Counted from the first letter of the stretch, positions 49,001 through 62,337 are shown. The stretch: 64,000 bases of DNA from Lingula anatina (GCA_051362555.1 CM120643.1:19100848-19164847), one strand, 5' to 3'. The notes: generated from the letters alone by a model not told the origin. Translations and numbers: made by a program.

Positions 49001-50730
49001 ATGACATTAATCAGTCAACTTTCTTCCTGAAAGAGTTTGTTAACTGTTCTGAATATGAATCTGAATATAAAAGCAGTTTTATAATATAATGTTGATCATA
49101 TATCATTTCAGACAAGTTCTGGTATTGCCGCCTATCCCCCAACCAAAAGTTGTTCTACTATGGAGACTGTAATGAGAGTGGTCCCACCCCAGCATTGGAG
49201 ACTCTGCCACACAAATGTAAGACATTAGTTAGCATTACCCTAGTGTTTGTAACATATTATGAAAGTTGTTCTACTATGGAGACTGTAATGAAGTGGTAAA
49301 GAGACTGCCACTCAAATGTAAGGCATTAGCTACCTAAACCTTAGAGGTTGTAAGATATTATGAAATCCTTTCTAGGAGAAATGTCCCAGGTGCAAGATGT
49401 CCCCATTTAACAATAATTACTTTTTTCAGGAAGAAAAATTATTGTAATTATGTAAACATTTTGTCACAGTTAATTCATTGAATATCAAAATATATATTAA
49501 TATTGATTAGAATTATTACAAATTGTAATAGTCACGATTTTTACATCTTGTGTTCCAGTGGCTGTTGTAGATATCAAAGCTCTAGTAACAGGGAGAGAGT
49601 GTCCACATGTAAAGGAAAAAGCTCTGGGGAAGAAGGTAGGTGGACCAGGTTTAAGGTTTATTCCAAAAAACTGTGTTTAGCAGAAATTATATTTGTAGTA
49701 ATTTTATGACTCCTGTAAGTTAAAGATTCTTGCATTGAGCATCTGAATAGATAATTAGTAAAGTAGAACTGAAGTCAAATAATACCTAGTTGTTATCAGA
49801 AATGTTCCTATGAACAGGAATCTTGTGTTAGACCAAGAATCCAATACCATGTAACTGTTATAGCATTGGTTTATGGTTAAACTGAGTTCTCTTGTGTTCA
49901 CAAAATATACATTACCAATCACCAGGCCAAAACTGTCCAAAGTTTATATATTAAATGATTCCATGTTATTACACATATAATATTCCATATGTTTTTTTAA
50001 AACTTAGAATATTAACAATGACAGCTGATCTTAGTTGAAAGATGTAACAGTTATTGTAATCTTAATTCACTGTCTTTGAGGCCACAAAATCATTCCTAGC
50101 TATTAAATAATGAAGGGGCTCTTATATGTAGATTTTTTTCATCATTTCAGTCCACACCTCTCCATGCTTTTTCCATCATGTCAGACACTGCAGATCAGGC
50201 CCTGAACTTTGTGGCCTCCAATGAACAGGAGTATAACACTTGGACAGACGGAGTGAATGCTCTCCTGGGGAACCCTGTAAGTTATTTATTTATTTGTTTA
50301 TTTATTTATTTATTTGCATTTGTAAAGTCCTGATTGCACCAGGAAAGATTTAAACCTGAATTAAACTTAATGATGCAATTAAATGAATTTGTGAGTAATT
50401 TCTGCATTATGCAGTCATGTTCACACCAGGAGTAACTTAAAACTTAATTGAACAATTTATGCCATTAGGTATACCAGTAAGTGCATATGCAGTAAACATG
50501 TATTTGCTTAAAAAAATAAGACACAGTCAAAATTACACCTGAAGTAATATTAATTTTATTTAACATGTTTTTTCCAGATGGTCAGTGAGATGACCACCCA
50601 AGAACTGGACATGTTGCTTAGCATGGAGATCAAAATCAGGCTGTTGGACACGGAAGGAGTAACAATACCTGAGAGCCCCCCTCCCATTCCTCCACCTCCC
50701 CCCAACTTTGACTTCAAGTACAAAATATAA
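22318..50730 (+). CDS. ELMO1: Engulfment and cell motility protein (ELMO1/2, ced-12 orthologue), complete, 21 coding exons
   Basis: Exons 22318-22479, 24728-24768, 25400-25478, 25825-25875, 26222-26391, 28973-29072, 29235-29320, 29800-29865, 30267-30345, 30642-30692, 31059-31181, 31635-31757, 32026-32130, 32589-32697, 44001-44137, 47826-47995, 48610-48728, 49112-49216, 49559-49635, 50151-50276 and 50578-50730. All are GT-AG and in phase. Hallmarks: IKKVAV...[19 protein letters not shown] (N-terminal RBD), [57 protein letters not shown] (ELMO domain), [11 protein letters not shown] (PH), [26 protein letters not shown] (Pro-rich tail). Confidence 0.97.
22969..24657. mobile_element. Non-autonomous hAT-like DNA transposon in ELMO intron 1, with nested MITE
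   Basis: 13-bp TIRs CAGTGTATGAAAT / ATTTCATACACTG and flanking direct repeat GTGATAC. Subterminal GGGCAGGTAA / TTACCTGCCC motifs near both ends. Nested MITE at about 23214-23400. No transposase ORF. Confidence 0.85.
26123..26178. repeat. (GT)n microsatellite
   Basis: Pure GT run about 45 bp upstream of ELMO exon 5. Confidence 0.95.
26582..28767 (+). mobile_element. Helentron-associated non-autonomous element (HINE/DINE-1-like) with internal ~145-bp tandem array
   Basis: 5' hairpin AGTACCACCAGCGT-GT-ACGCTGGCGGTACT, then a GGCTCCGCC-type minisatellite (about 26641-26703) and about 7 copies of a ~145-bp unit (27400-28400). The 3' sub-TIR GCTGGTGGTAC (28718-28728) is followed by stem-loop GAGGCG-GTAT-CGCCTC and CTAGTT. 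Confidence 0.8.
29511..29582. repeat. (TG)n microsatellite
   Basis: Pure TG run. Confidence 0.95.
32753..32795. repeat. (GA)n microsatellite
   Basis: GA run with one interruption. Confidence 0.9.
33061..38843 (+). mobile_element. Large (5.8 kb) HINE/DINE-1-like element with ~161-bp satellite arrays in ELMO intron 14
   Basis: 5' hairpin ATGTACAGACAC-AGAT-GTGTCTGTACAT and a (CGT/CGC)n microsatellite at about 33111-33154. ~161-bp units (ACCGATAACACGATAAGTGGAAAACC...CAGGTCAAGTTCGAAAATCAGCATGATCGGG) at 33163-34400 and 37040-37680. The 3' sub-TIR TGTCTGTACAT (about 38810-38820) is followed by stem-loop GACAGC-TTT-GCTGCC. Confidence 0.8.
36953..37027. repeat. (TA)n microsatellite inside the large HINE
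   Basis: TA run followed by a poly-T tract, directly before the second 161-bp array. Confidence 0.95.
41630..41829. repeat. ~200-bp foldback (hairpin MITE-like) element
   Basis: Left arm TTGATCCACAGATTAACAGATCCATGGATTAAATATGGCTGACCCACTTGAAA...CATAAT pairs with right arm ATTATG...TTTCAAGTGGGTTGGCCATATTTAATCTGCAGATCTGTTAGTCCGCAGATCAA. Outer ends TAGGCT...AGCCTTA. Confidence 0.8.
42710..43826. repeat. Degenerate interspersed repeat rich in GTTGCCATGGCAAC-like palindromes (possibly Helentron-derived)
   Basis: Six X-box-like palindromes at 43121-43666 and an internal ~140-bp duplication (about 43295-43400 vs 43437-43545). It ends in ...CTAGTT like the HINE at 26582. Boundaries are approximate. 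Confidence 0.45.
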
Positions 50731-51159
50731 CAGTACATTAATTGATGTTTGTTAAGATCTATGAAGAGTTTTACAATATGGCATTAAAAAGGAATACTGT
50801 CCAGATTAATGCCTGTCACAGATAAGCTTATGGTGAATGACATTTGAAATGTGTTGTATGTATTTTTTACTCCAATATGTATATTTGAGCCTGTAAGATG
50901 TTTGCTTTTTTTCATCATATTCAACAAGTCACAGTCAGCTTTTATTTGCAAGATGCTGGTATTTGAAATCCTGATAGCAACTGGATTCTAAAATTTTATA
51001 TGTCAGTACATTCTGAAATATTATCACTTAACTTGAATTTATCACATATAGTCTATGGCACAATGAAGAATTCAATAAGTTGTCAAAAACTTTAGGGAAG
51101 ATATAAAATTATATATTTTACTCCAGGCTACAAGGCTATCAAAAACCCAACTGTAAGGG

Positions 51160-51400
51160 GAGGTACTGTATGTAACCCCTTCCCCTGGTTTCTGGGAGTG
51201 TGGAAGCTTTATTGTAAGAGAAAATCTGTGAAATGTACCCTGGTTTTCACAGCCTATTAATTAATGTCACCTGTAAGGAGATAATGTATATAATTCTCCC
51301 ACCTCGGGGTTTCGAGCCTATCATAATGCATCAACTGTACTCATGGGAGATGTATGTACATTGGGGTTTCACAGCCTATCAGAAAATGTCAACTGTATTG
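51160..51400. repeat. Degenerate ~60-bp tandem repeat in ELMO 3' UTR
   Basis: Recurring GGTTT(T)CACAGCCTAT...AATGTCAACTGTA...TGTA units at about 51242, 51308 and 51365. Confidence 0.5.
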
Positions 51401-54400
51401 TGAGCAGAAAACACCCGCTGATCATAGAGGAAAACCTGCTGTTGGCATAGAAATCTAAGATAATCGATTAGTCATATGAACATGAATTTTGCTGTCGTAT
51501 TTATGATCATTGTACCATTCCCTTTTGTTTGTGCAAAGGGATTTATTGTAACTGTGTGTTCTTAATTTAAAACCATTTTGTGATGCCTAAGAATACTGAA
51601 GGTGCTACTTTATGTGTATATTTGCATGTGTATATTTGAAAAAAAAAATGGCGGTTTATTGCCCAAATGCTTACAGGTTTCTATGTGAAGTAAATGTATT
51701 GAGTTAGTATATTTTGTTGTTAGTATAATTGTCACAGTATCAAGGTAATAGAAAGGCACCTGCAGGTGTGAGTTCAAATTTTTTACAAAAATGACTTGTA
51801 TTTAATTCATCAAACATTTATCTGTGGTTAAGTGTGTGTATGTGTAGGTGCATGTGTGTGCAGAATTCTGAAATAGCTCATTCGACCAATAGATGTGAAC
51901 ATTTGAGTCAAGTCCGTGACATATATATTTCGTGTTTAATGCCCCTTTTAGGAACTTGTCCCACTAAGGTGGTCTCCAGTGTGGAAAAAATTGGGTATTA
52001 AAAACTGAATACATAGAGATAAAAAACAGTTATTGAAAATAACGCAAAATGTGTGCATCACTGACGTGACTCAAATGTTTTTTTATCCTTTTTTTTTCTT
52101 TTTTTAATGACCCAAATGCCTTTTGGTGCACCAGGTCTGTAGTTATAATTGTAATAACATTGTAGGTCTAGATTTTTTCACAGATTGAGTTTTATGTTTA
52201 TCCTTGACAATAAAGGACTTGTTTATTATGAAAGTGAAAATAAAGCCAGGTTAAGTGGTCTCTAACATTAAGGATTGTACAGTACTGATAACATTTACCA
52301 TAATAATCAGAAAGTGTCAAACTCTGAAGTTGGCATTCATAATTCAAAGAATAGGCAGTCACTGTAGGATGGGATACTTTTTTACATATGAAAAAAAATG
52401 CAATTATCATGTTCTTTCTATTTTATGTAGCAATTTTGGAATATGTGTTCGTGTAAGACATCTTACTATAATGTCAAGAAGTTGAAAGATCTGTATACTA
52501 AAAAACTTATTTGAGTTTCATAGCAAAAAAACAATTAATCATTGTTCTGGGAGTTGTCAAGAGTTTTGACACTAGGGTTGTTGTTACAGTGTAGTTTCTG
52601 CAAGGTGCAGTTTGTGACTGCTAACTTTACTATTGCATGTTATGTAGTGAGAGTTGGAATTTCATATATTATGATACAGTAGACTCCACATAACCCATTA
52701 CCTTATACCTGAATAATCATTTATTGCACACTTTGTCTCAAATACTTCCACTGATTAACAGATCAGTGGTGATAATCATTTATGAAAAGGGGGGTGGGGG
52801 GTTGCACTAAAATATAACAAGTCAGTCATTAAATCATTCATCTTAGCTTGTAAATGGTAATAAGAATATGAGTTGCTCCTAAATAAATAAGCATGGTTAA
52901 GATGCAGCAAGAGCTTGGTATTTTTAAATGTCTCATATTTATGATTTATATTCGCAAAAAGTTTAATGTGTAATACATTGTCCACTTTATTGTAAATTTG
53001 ATTTCTTTTGTTGTGTGCTCACTTTAAAGAAAATTTCAATTCAAACAAAAATAATTTGTATAATGAAGTGTAAACAAGGCCACAATAATTCATACAAAAT
53101 GTTCTTTAAACATTAAGAAAGAATATTATAATACCTACATGGGAACTTCATTTTTGGAGAATGAGTAACTTTGAATAAAAGGCTACTGAAGTCTCCTTCG
53201 GACATGTGTGAAAATACCTTGAGTATTGCGACATTGTTGCGCAGCTTGCCATTTCTGGGACCAACCTCGCCATCTGTTTGCAAGTTCATTTGGACAGGGT
53301 GACACTCTATACATTTTTCAGAGTTTTGGAAAAAAACTGCATAGAAAACAGAGTCACACTGCAGAGGAAAAGCTAAGATGCTGCAGAGAACAGTCGCATT
53401 TAACTACGACAAAAACCTATTTTATCAGCTACAGTCACGTTGCACAATATCTTGCATGCCTTCGGAAGTGATGAAATCTTGAGGAACCCAAGAAAATTCA
53501 AATTTCACTTCTGCAGCCTATACAATAAAATTTACAGCATTTTTAGAGAACAGTGAATATTCATTTATTTGAAAAATGCATGATAACTAAAACCAAACGA
53601 AGCACAAAAACCAACCATGACAACACTAGTCTATATATTTATACAACCAGTACCTATATGATCATTATAATAAGATCTTCCAGGTTATTTCTTTAACTGT
53701 AAGTATATTATGCACATTCACAATATATTACTGTTAAATTTTCATTAAAATACAATTACAGTGATAAAACCATAACAAAAACAACTTATAAACAGTGCAC
53801 TTCCATGTGAACAAGATATAAATAACTGCACTAAAATGGAATTTTTGACAGAGAGACATTCTGGCAGTACCTACCTAGCTAGACATTGTTCACATAGCTG
53901 CCATGGGGTTCTGGTTTGTTCTTACAGCACATCTCTTTGTAATCCGCAAAAGAAAGTATCAGCAGTAAGACCTCATATATTACATCATATTGGTTATTCT
54001 GGCAATAGGTATAAGCACATTCAGCTTTATTTCAAGAATGCCCAAAGAGATACAAATATTGAGATTCACTAATAAATCAATTGCAGCGTAGCTTACATGT
54101 ACAAATATACTCGTCCAAAGCTGCACATATAAAATAAAGGCTAGTAATTAACAATGCCCAAATATTGTCATAAATTCATATCAAATACAAAGTCACCACA
54201 TGGTATCAATACATGTCAAAATGATTAAATAAATATATTAATTGGATTATGTACAAACAATTCCAAACATAACCACACTGCTTTTGTTCACTTATGGTAC
54301 AAAACTCTTATAGGGCATTAAGGATAAAATATTCTTCTTGATTCACATAAGTGGGTGGAGGATATATACCCCCTCCTGGTTCGTTTACTAATTAAAGCTG

Positions 54401-54775
54401 ATTAAATTTCCTCTAAGTGACAAGCTGCATGAAACAGAAACAGTTTTTTAACAAGGTCATAACAAATATACAAACACAAAACCAAATATAATATTATATT
54501 TATAACTAAAGTATACATAAACAGGGTTATAATTGGGTAAACAGTTACATAACCAGTTTATAACAGTTATATACACATCAAAACGGATGTGAAGTTAGAT
54601 ACCAGATGTTTCATTTCTGGAATTAAATTTACTAACGTAATGATACTATATCAAGTATACAGTATCATATATTCGTTATAATTTATACAGTTATGTACTA
54701 GTAAGTAAACTGTACCATGACTACGATACAGTTACACCTTAGAAAGTATATATGCTAATTTTCATGATGTAACCA

Positions 54776-54957
54776 GATCCTCACTGAGATATAAACCATA
54801 TCCTCACTGGGATATAAACCATATCCTCATTGGGATAAAAACCATATCCTCACTGAGATATAAACCATATCCTCACTGAGATATTAACCATATCCTCATT
54901 GAGATATAAACCATATCCTCATTGAGATATAAACCATATCCTCACTGAGATATAAAC
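54776..54957. repeat. 23-bp minisatellite, about 8 copies
   Basis: (ATCCTCACTGAGATATAAACCAT)n with few substitutions, lying in the probable SLC7 3' UTR. Confidence 0.9.
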
Positions 54958-55547
54958 TGACCACTTATATCAACATTGTACCCAGTGTAAACAGATTCTT
55001 GAAATAGTTGCATTAATCAATGCAACCAAAACATATATGATACGTTTTTAAAATATGAATAAGGAAATAAAGATAAATCTTACCATACACTTCAATTCTA
55101 TAGTTCCCTATTATACACATCATTAGTAATCAAAACCAATGGTTGACATACAATGATAAAGGAAGACTAGGCAGTGCAAAACTTGATTTTAATTAAGTGT
55201 ATGTCATTTAAAGACAGATTCAAAATAAATAGCCTTCCATAATATACGACCACATGTACAATGATGTATCTAGAATCCATAAGTTTGCATACACCCTAAG
55301 GCTTGCATGTTGGTTACAAACTGTTCCATGAATTCCAATCTTAAATCTAAAACTATACACCCTCATTTTAAGAAAATCTACATCTAGTTCACTTATAGAC
55401 TTATCTGTCTCCATGGCCACATTTTGGCAGCATAATCAAAGGAACTGTTCAAGGGAATTTAGGGCAAAAAAATAAAAAAATATTGGTATTAGCTACTGTA
55501 ACGGCTTTCTTGTACAAACCATCCATCCCTGAACATATGTTCCATGC

Positions 55548-55714
55548 CAGACCTGTAGCGAGGGGGGTTCGGGGGTTCAAAAGAACTGCCCCTTTTGTTG
55601 TGAAAAGGTCCACTCAGGGTAACATTTGATCTAGGTTAATGAAGCTTTTATGGAAGAAGGTCCACTTTTTCAGAAAAAAGAACCCCAATTTTAAAATTGC
55701 TGGCTATGGGCCTG
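55548..55714. mobile_element. MITE of the same family, 5-bp TSD (CATGC)
   Basis: TIRs CAGACCTGTAGC / GCTATGGGCCTG, flanked on both sides by CATGC. The interior is homologous to 16762-16940. Confidence 0.75.
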
Positions 55715-56658
55715 CATGCTAAGAACTTCCCTATAGATACAGGTTCCTTTACAGTTTCATGAAGTGATGATCCACCACCTGCCCACCCCTGCCAGGAGAA
55801 GCACTAGAACTTTTGCAAGGCTGCCGAGAAAAACATTTAATCAACATTTGTTTTATTCAGTGCTTTAATCTCACACAGTGCTTCCTAAGATCACTGTGTC
55901 CCTTCTAAGAGTTATACTTGATTTAATTTTCTTTATAATTGTTCACTAAAAACACTTGTTTAATGTTTATGCTTTGTGTGAGACTCTTGGTTGTTATAAA
56001 TATTAAACTTTATGTAACAAAATATAGGGTGTGTATATATTTTCACCAAACAAACAAACAAAAATACACTTAGCCCTTAAAAGACAGAAGGCACTTGTAC
56101 TAGAATGAGGTCCATATTCCTTTGCTAGAACACAGAATTCACAGAATATTTCTGAAATACATCAAAAATTGGTTTTGAAATGCTACATGATGTGTCATTT
56201 TTATCCCCATCTTTTGACTAAAGAAGAAAATTATCAATGCTTTTGTTTCAGGCTATAAGTTAATTTTAAGAATGCATATACTTTAGGCTAAAAGTTCATT
56301 TTAAGGAGTGCTGTAACATTGCAACAGATCTCCACACTTGTTCTACAAACTATAGAATATTCTAATAGTTAATGAAAATGATCAAACTGACAATGATATA
56401 CAGTAAGTCATAATGACTTAATTTACAAAACATCATTAAATATCTGAATTTACTAGTTATTATTTATAATTGAACTCTTAGCAGTTCTATGTATTTTATT
56501 TTTGCATTATCTAGTTATTTGGCTTTATAATTCATTATCTCATATAAATAATGCATTTAGCTCTGAATAGATATCAGAAATAAGCACCCTGTGTTTGAAA
56601 TCTCTGCATTCACAATGATGTGGTCCATCTTGCATCCTTCATACACTGCTGCCATCTG

Positions 56659-59600
56659 TTAGTCTGTTTTCCCTTCTTGAAAGACCACATCAAACATCTT
56701 TTGGCCAAGCACTGTGCTTTTCACTAAAAAAGAGAGAAGACATTAAATCTTTATAGTAAAAATCATTGATAGAAATACTTAAAGGGTGAAAATTGAGACA
56801 ATAATTTTGACCAGTGGGCCAGGTATTAAGTCACAGGCAGTCACCCCACATGAGGAAATCAGGTCAAATTAAACTTCACTCAAAAGACTAAAAAAAAAAA
56901 AAAAAAAAAAAAAAAAACTGGCATAGCCTACATCGCTGATATACATCAAAGCTTAGGAATCTTAATCTACCATTAACTTTTTTCGGACTTATGAGAAACT
57001 TGTTACAACCACTGTCCCTAAAATAATACTCACTTGTAAAACAAAAGTGTCTTGATATATATAATAAGTATTAAAATTATCAAAAACACCTTGCTCACCA
57101 ATGAAATTCTGTACAGACTTGGGTTTTTTCTTCCAGCAGACCCCTATAATATAGACAGGTATCCCGGACACCACACAGAGCACCCCTATCCCAGTGTCCC
57201 TGGTGGCAGCGTACAGGGGGACCACCAGGAGGAAGACAACAGCTATCAGGAAACTGATGGGGATGATCAGGTTGAACTGGAAAGAAAATTAAATTATAGA
57301 AAAAAAACTGAAATGCTGAAGTGTAAACAGCTCTAAGTTTAGCTGTTGTTTGAAGAAATTACAGTTACTATTAAACCCTTTTCACATTGAGTGGTACATG
57401 GTTAGGTGACAGTGTCAAGCATGGCATGGGGTTTCTCTTGGTAACTCTCTTACATAATAGCCGGGCTATTTAATTGTCAAACCTCCTAGTAATTAATTCA
57501 ATACTGAAAATAATATACAGTAAGTTCTTGTGTAAAAAGGGTCTGATTGTAACTTTGTGTGCATGATACAGCTGTGCAATAGAAAGCCATATAGTCAGGA
57601 GTCAAAATATGACTCATTTACATTATTTAGAAGAAAAAAAATGGCTTCAACATCAGCTATTGAGAATTTAGTTGCACTTATGTTGTCAGATCCATGCAGG
57701 CCATGTAGAAACAAGTCAAAATAACATCTTACATGTACAGCACAAGGACCAGGGTAAAACATTATATCTGCATTCATTATGAAAATCTTTAATGTCTCTT
57801 ACCTTGATAGGCCTGGGTCTGTCTGGTTCCTTAAAGCGTAGGTACACCATGCCTGTGATGGAGGCCCCCACTGACAACCACTGTACAAAGCTCATGTAGT
57901 TGATCAGTGCAAATACATCACTGGAGATTAACATCAGGAGGGACATGATGCCCTGGAAATGTATTAAAGGGTTTTTCCTTCATATAATTCTTTTACTTCA
58001 GAAAAAAATTATGCTAGAAAGCTGTCCTGGAATTTTACAGGACAGGACATTATGTAACTGTGTTGTTTATAATTTGTTTCCAAGTGTAGATCTTTGCCAA
58101 TGGTAATGTATATTTTTAAGCAGTAACATAATGGCTCTGCTGTGGGTGCACGTGGAGTTCTACACTCGCATCAGTGACATAACTATATCCCTAGTTGATA
58201 ACCCCCTGCTTCTCCCCTTAATACCTGATGTATGTGACCAAAATGCACAGAAGATGACTTCAAATTTACCGTGAACAACATGGCTGGAGTTGGTGTGAAT
58301 CTCTTGGAGTGAATCATTCCAAGGAAAGCTGGCAGGTGCCCCTCTCGAGCTCCAACAAAGAACAATCTGAAATCAAGAGAAAATGTTGAAAACTCTGAAT
58401 GGTTTACACACATTACTTAATGAAGCTTTCCATTAATTCTCACCAAGTGACTAATTTTTTATTTTATTTTATTTTTTTACATCTTCACATCTATTAAAAC
58501 ATTTATGGTTTTTACACGTGAAATCTCACAAGCTCCTAGACCATCCTGAGCTGCTACTTTTTTTTTCTCAATCTATAAATACATTTATGAAATATGAATG
58601 TTTCTTCAAATAACCATATTATTATTAAGATTAGTCTAACCAAATGCAATAACGAGACTAGCACTCTCCAGTCATTCTCATGCCGTTTCTAGTACAAAAC
58701 ATCAAAATTATATTTGAATAAATTTTATAGAAATACTGAGACACATCTTTTACTTAATACATGCTAATATTAAAAACATGAGGCAGATTACTTTCCTACC
58801 TCCCTGAGGTAAAGATCAGTCCATTTACTCCTCCAAAACAAGACAGAGCCACAGAAACTGGCATGATCCATGCCATCACGCCATATATACGCTCTCCAAA
58901 TGACTGAAATATAGCATACAAAAACCTTATTTCAAAGCAATTTTATTGCTTTATTGACTAATGGAATGGGCATAAATCCAACATGGGTCCTCTATGGAAT
59001 ATATCACATAGTAGACTCCAATGGAAATTTTACTGGATATCCAAAAGAAAAAAAAGAAAAAAAAAACACATTCTAGCATGTATACACTATACACTTAAAG
59101 TTACTCATATAGTTACTCATATTTGGTATTATGATTGGATGGTTTACTATAAGAATAATTGACTTTTGGAAGAGTGAAAGCCTGAAAGTCCATAGCTACA
59201 TGGCTCTAGCTGTTAGCTACATGGAACACTTACCACAGCTACAGCATTGGAGTTGAGCACTTCTTTAGGACTGAGAACAGCCAGATATCCAACATTACCA
59301 AGAACATACACAAAAGAAACTATTGGGATAGCAATATAGATGGCTCTGGGGAGATTCCTGAAAATAACACATCTCTTGATTAGTCCACTTATCTGAAAAC
59401 CATTTAGTTTTTTATATTTATTTCTATCCTAAACCACAGTGCATCATATTGTGGAAACGTATGGATAGTTACAACTGAAGAATTAGTTAATAAGAAATTA
59501 TGTGAAGAATAATGATAATTTAAAATCTGAAATACAGTTTCTTCCCTAATCTAATACCCTGTCCATATATACAGTGACATATAAGTAGGCCAGATATTAG

Positions 59601-60480
59601 TTTGTGAAATGTAAAAAAATATCTTACTTAAATGGTTCTATCATTTCTTCTGTAACAAAGTTCAAGAAGTTCCTAGAATAAAACAATAATTAAGACATAA
59701 AGAATATACGACAAACAATTTAGAATTTGACAAAATGCTTCCACTGAAAACTGTAAAGATTTTTTCATATTGTCTGTTTTAACCCAAGCACTTACATTAA
59801 TTGAAACAGTCTTGATCTGAATCAGACTGAAAGTGAGACCAGTGAAACACAAAATGGTCACTTTATAAAATATATTTATATGTCATCACACTTGATAATT
59901 TTTCTCTACTTTTTAGGTGTAAAAGTGTAAAAATAACTGGAGAAAGAAAAGGCCACAACTTACCAGCCTGCATATGCAAACAAGCCAGAATAAAGAGCCA
60001 GGGAGACATCCCCCACATCGGTGGTTGTCCCTTCCCAAGGTTCAGCAAAACTGTCCGTTTTACCTATAAATACACAGCACTTCTTGGTGTAAGGATCAGG
60101 TGAAACAAGAAGACACCAACATCATATAACTACTAGAAAAAGTAAATTAAATGATCGCAAGATGTGAGGATGACAGAACTGAAATACTTTTGGGTGTTAG
60201 AACTGGGTGAAAGGAGACATCACTATAATGATATAACAGTAAGAGATATAATCTTAATTTGACAAAATAATTTTTACAAGTTTTACCCAGATAATTGAGA
60301 AAGAGAGAGAGAACAAGGTTAAAGAAGATGAAAAAACAAATTTTAAAATCTCACCCATAATCAATACCACTACTCCTGTTAAAATGATAAGAACTAAAGC
60401 CAACAATTTGGCAATAGTGAATACGTCTTGCACTCTTGTTGCCCATTTTACATTAGCTATATTGATTACCATTAAAATAC
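56659..60480 (-). CDS. SLC7: SLC7 L-type amino acid transporter light chain (LAT1/LAT2/y+LAT-like), last 9 exons; 5' exons not found in the window
   Basis: Minus-strand exons 60480-60355, 60063-59964, 59672-59628, 59357-59234, 58903-58800, 58366-58270, 57952-57803, 57276-57099 and 56723-56659, all in phase. Motifs: [64 protein letters not shown]...[29 protein letters not shown]. The exact paralogue cannot be assigned by eye. Confidence 0.95.
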
Positions 60481-61925
60481 CTAAAATTAAAAGTATAAAA
60501 ACTGACATAAGTAATGAATGTTAAGAGGTAAAAATTGGGTACAAGTTGGCCAATTTGAAAACCAGGCATAATCTACAAATGAACAGTTTCTTTAGGATGT
60601 ACATTATACTTTAATCTCAATGTAAAGCAACAGATAACATGAGCAACAGGTTTTCAAATATTAACCTTCATAAATAACATTTTTTTAACTGCCAACAAAT
60701 ATTTTCATTTGTAGCAATTAAAAACATCAAATTTGTCATGTGGCATGTTTGTCAAAACACACAAAGAATGCAGCAGATGGGTACTGAAATGCAATCTTCT
60801 TCTCCAGCACAATTTTCATCCATCTTCTGCACAGCCAGCTTCTCTAATTCAACCATACTTAGAAAAAAAAAAGAGAACCACTTCACCCACACAAACAAAA
60901 TGTATATTTCGATTTTTTAAACAAATGAAGAATGGGAATTAAATCAAATAGCAACAGTGACAATAAGGTCAATTTCCTGATAACGTATATGGGATTTATA
61001 GACAAACACAAAAAAAATTCAAACAAGCTCTACATGTATGCCTAGTAATTTCATTCATTAACCTGTCCAAGTTTGCTTATATAATAAGATTTATATCTAC
61101 CCTCAGCCACATCATGTTTGACAAGTCTGACTAAGGGAGACATATACTAGTACCCATATCATCATATAAGCAAAAATGTGGTTATAATTTTATCATTTAA
61201 TAATGTGTAATATTGGCAATGACATAAAAACAACATACTGAATCAATTATGTATTGTGCTTTTTTTTCATGCCAATAGTACACTGTTTGCAGGTGCACAG
61301 CTTCAAGTTCCATTCATACTTTCTTTACAGTTAGACACATTTGTCTACAAAATCACATATTTGTCAACAGAATCACACACATGTCAACAGAAAGCCATAG
61401 AATATGTCAGCCAGAAGTAGTGCAGCTGTCATTCAGAAATGAAACAGCAAATACATTGTACTGCAGCACCACCACTACATGCAATAAGTCACTCTAAATT
61501 TTGCCTGTTAACCAATAATCCTAAAATTTATAGAACGATGTCACAGGTTTAATTTGTCTGTTGTTGGCAAATTATCATGATATTTATTTTTTTTATTGGT
61601 AAACCTTGCATTTCTGCATTATTATCACACAGACATTTAAATTCAGTTCAATGTCAAGGAATAATTTGATAATATGCATGTCCAAATACATGGACTACAG
61701 TGTTTGACACTAAAAATTCAAATACTAATGCAAACAATTGTGTTAATAGAGTCAATAAGGGACATTTTGAAGTATGTGCACTGCATTTTTAAATCTAAAA
61801 CTTCACTGCCCAATTTCTCAATATTCATACTGTATAACAGCACATATATCAAGACAAATATGCAATTTTATTACATCTATAGCTCATTTTAAGCCAAATA
61901 TAGTAAAACTTCCCTTTTTTGTTAC

Positions 61926-62337
61926 ATTGCATCATCATATACCTTCAGCCCTTCAATTATCATTTCTGTCTCCCACATATCTATATATGTAAATTTCATC
62001 TGACCTTATTGTGCATTGCATCAGCATGCAGTTTTCTCTTTATTTCCTGAAACTTTAGTATTTTTTCTCTCCAATGATCAATAAATGTCATGCAAAAGAT
62101 TTGGCAACAGATTTTTTTTTTTTGGGGGGGGGGGGGAAGGGGGTAAATTTTCTGATAATTAATACATCACTTTTCATGAGGACGACGTATGACAAATGTG
62201 AAACATGCCACAATTTTCCTTTTTTTTTCTATACACTCTTTCTGCCTTATTACTCAAAGATTTCTCTCCAATTCTCTCACAACAAATGCCGTCCTCAAAT
62301 ACAATCCAACTGTAATAACTGAGGAAGCATTGCATCA
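61926..62337 (-). promoter_or_regulatory. Cluster of three C/EBP-ATF (amino acid response element) motifs TGATGCAAT in SLC7 intron
   Basis: ATTGCATCA on the plus strand at 61926-61934, 62015-62023 and 62329-62337. Confidence 0.5.

Noticed and set aside
54776-54957. 23-bp repeats as a CRISPR array or binding-site array
   Set aside because: Head-to-tail minisatellite without spacers.
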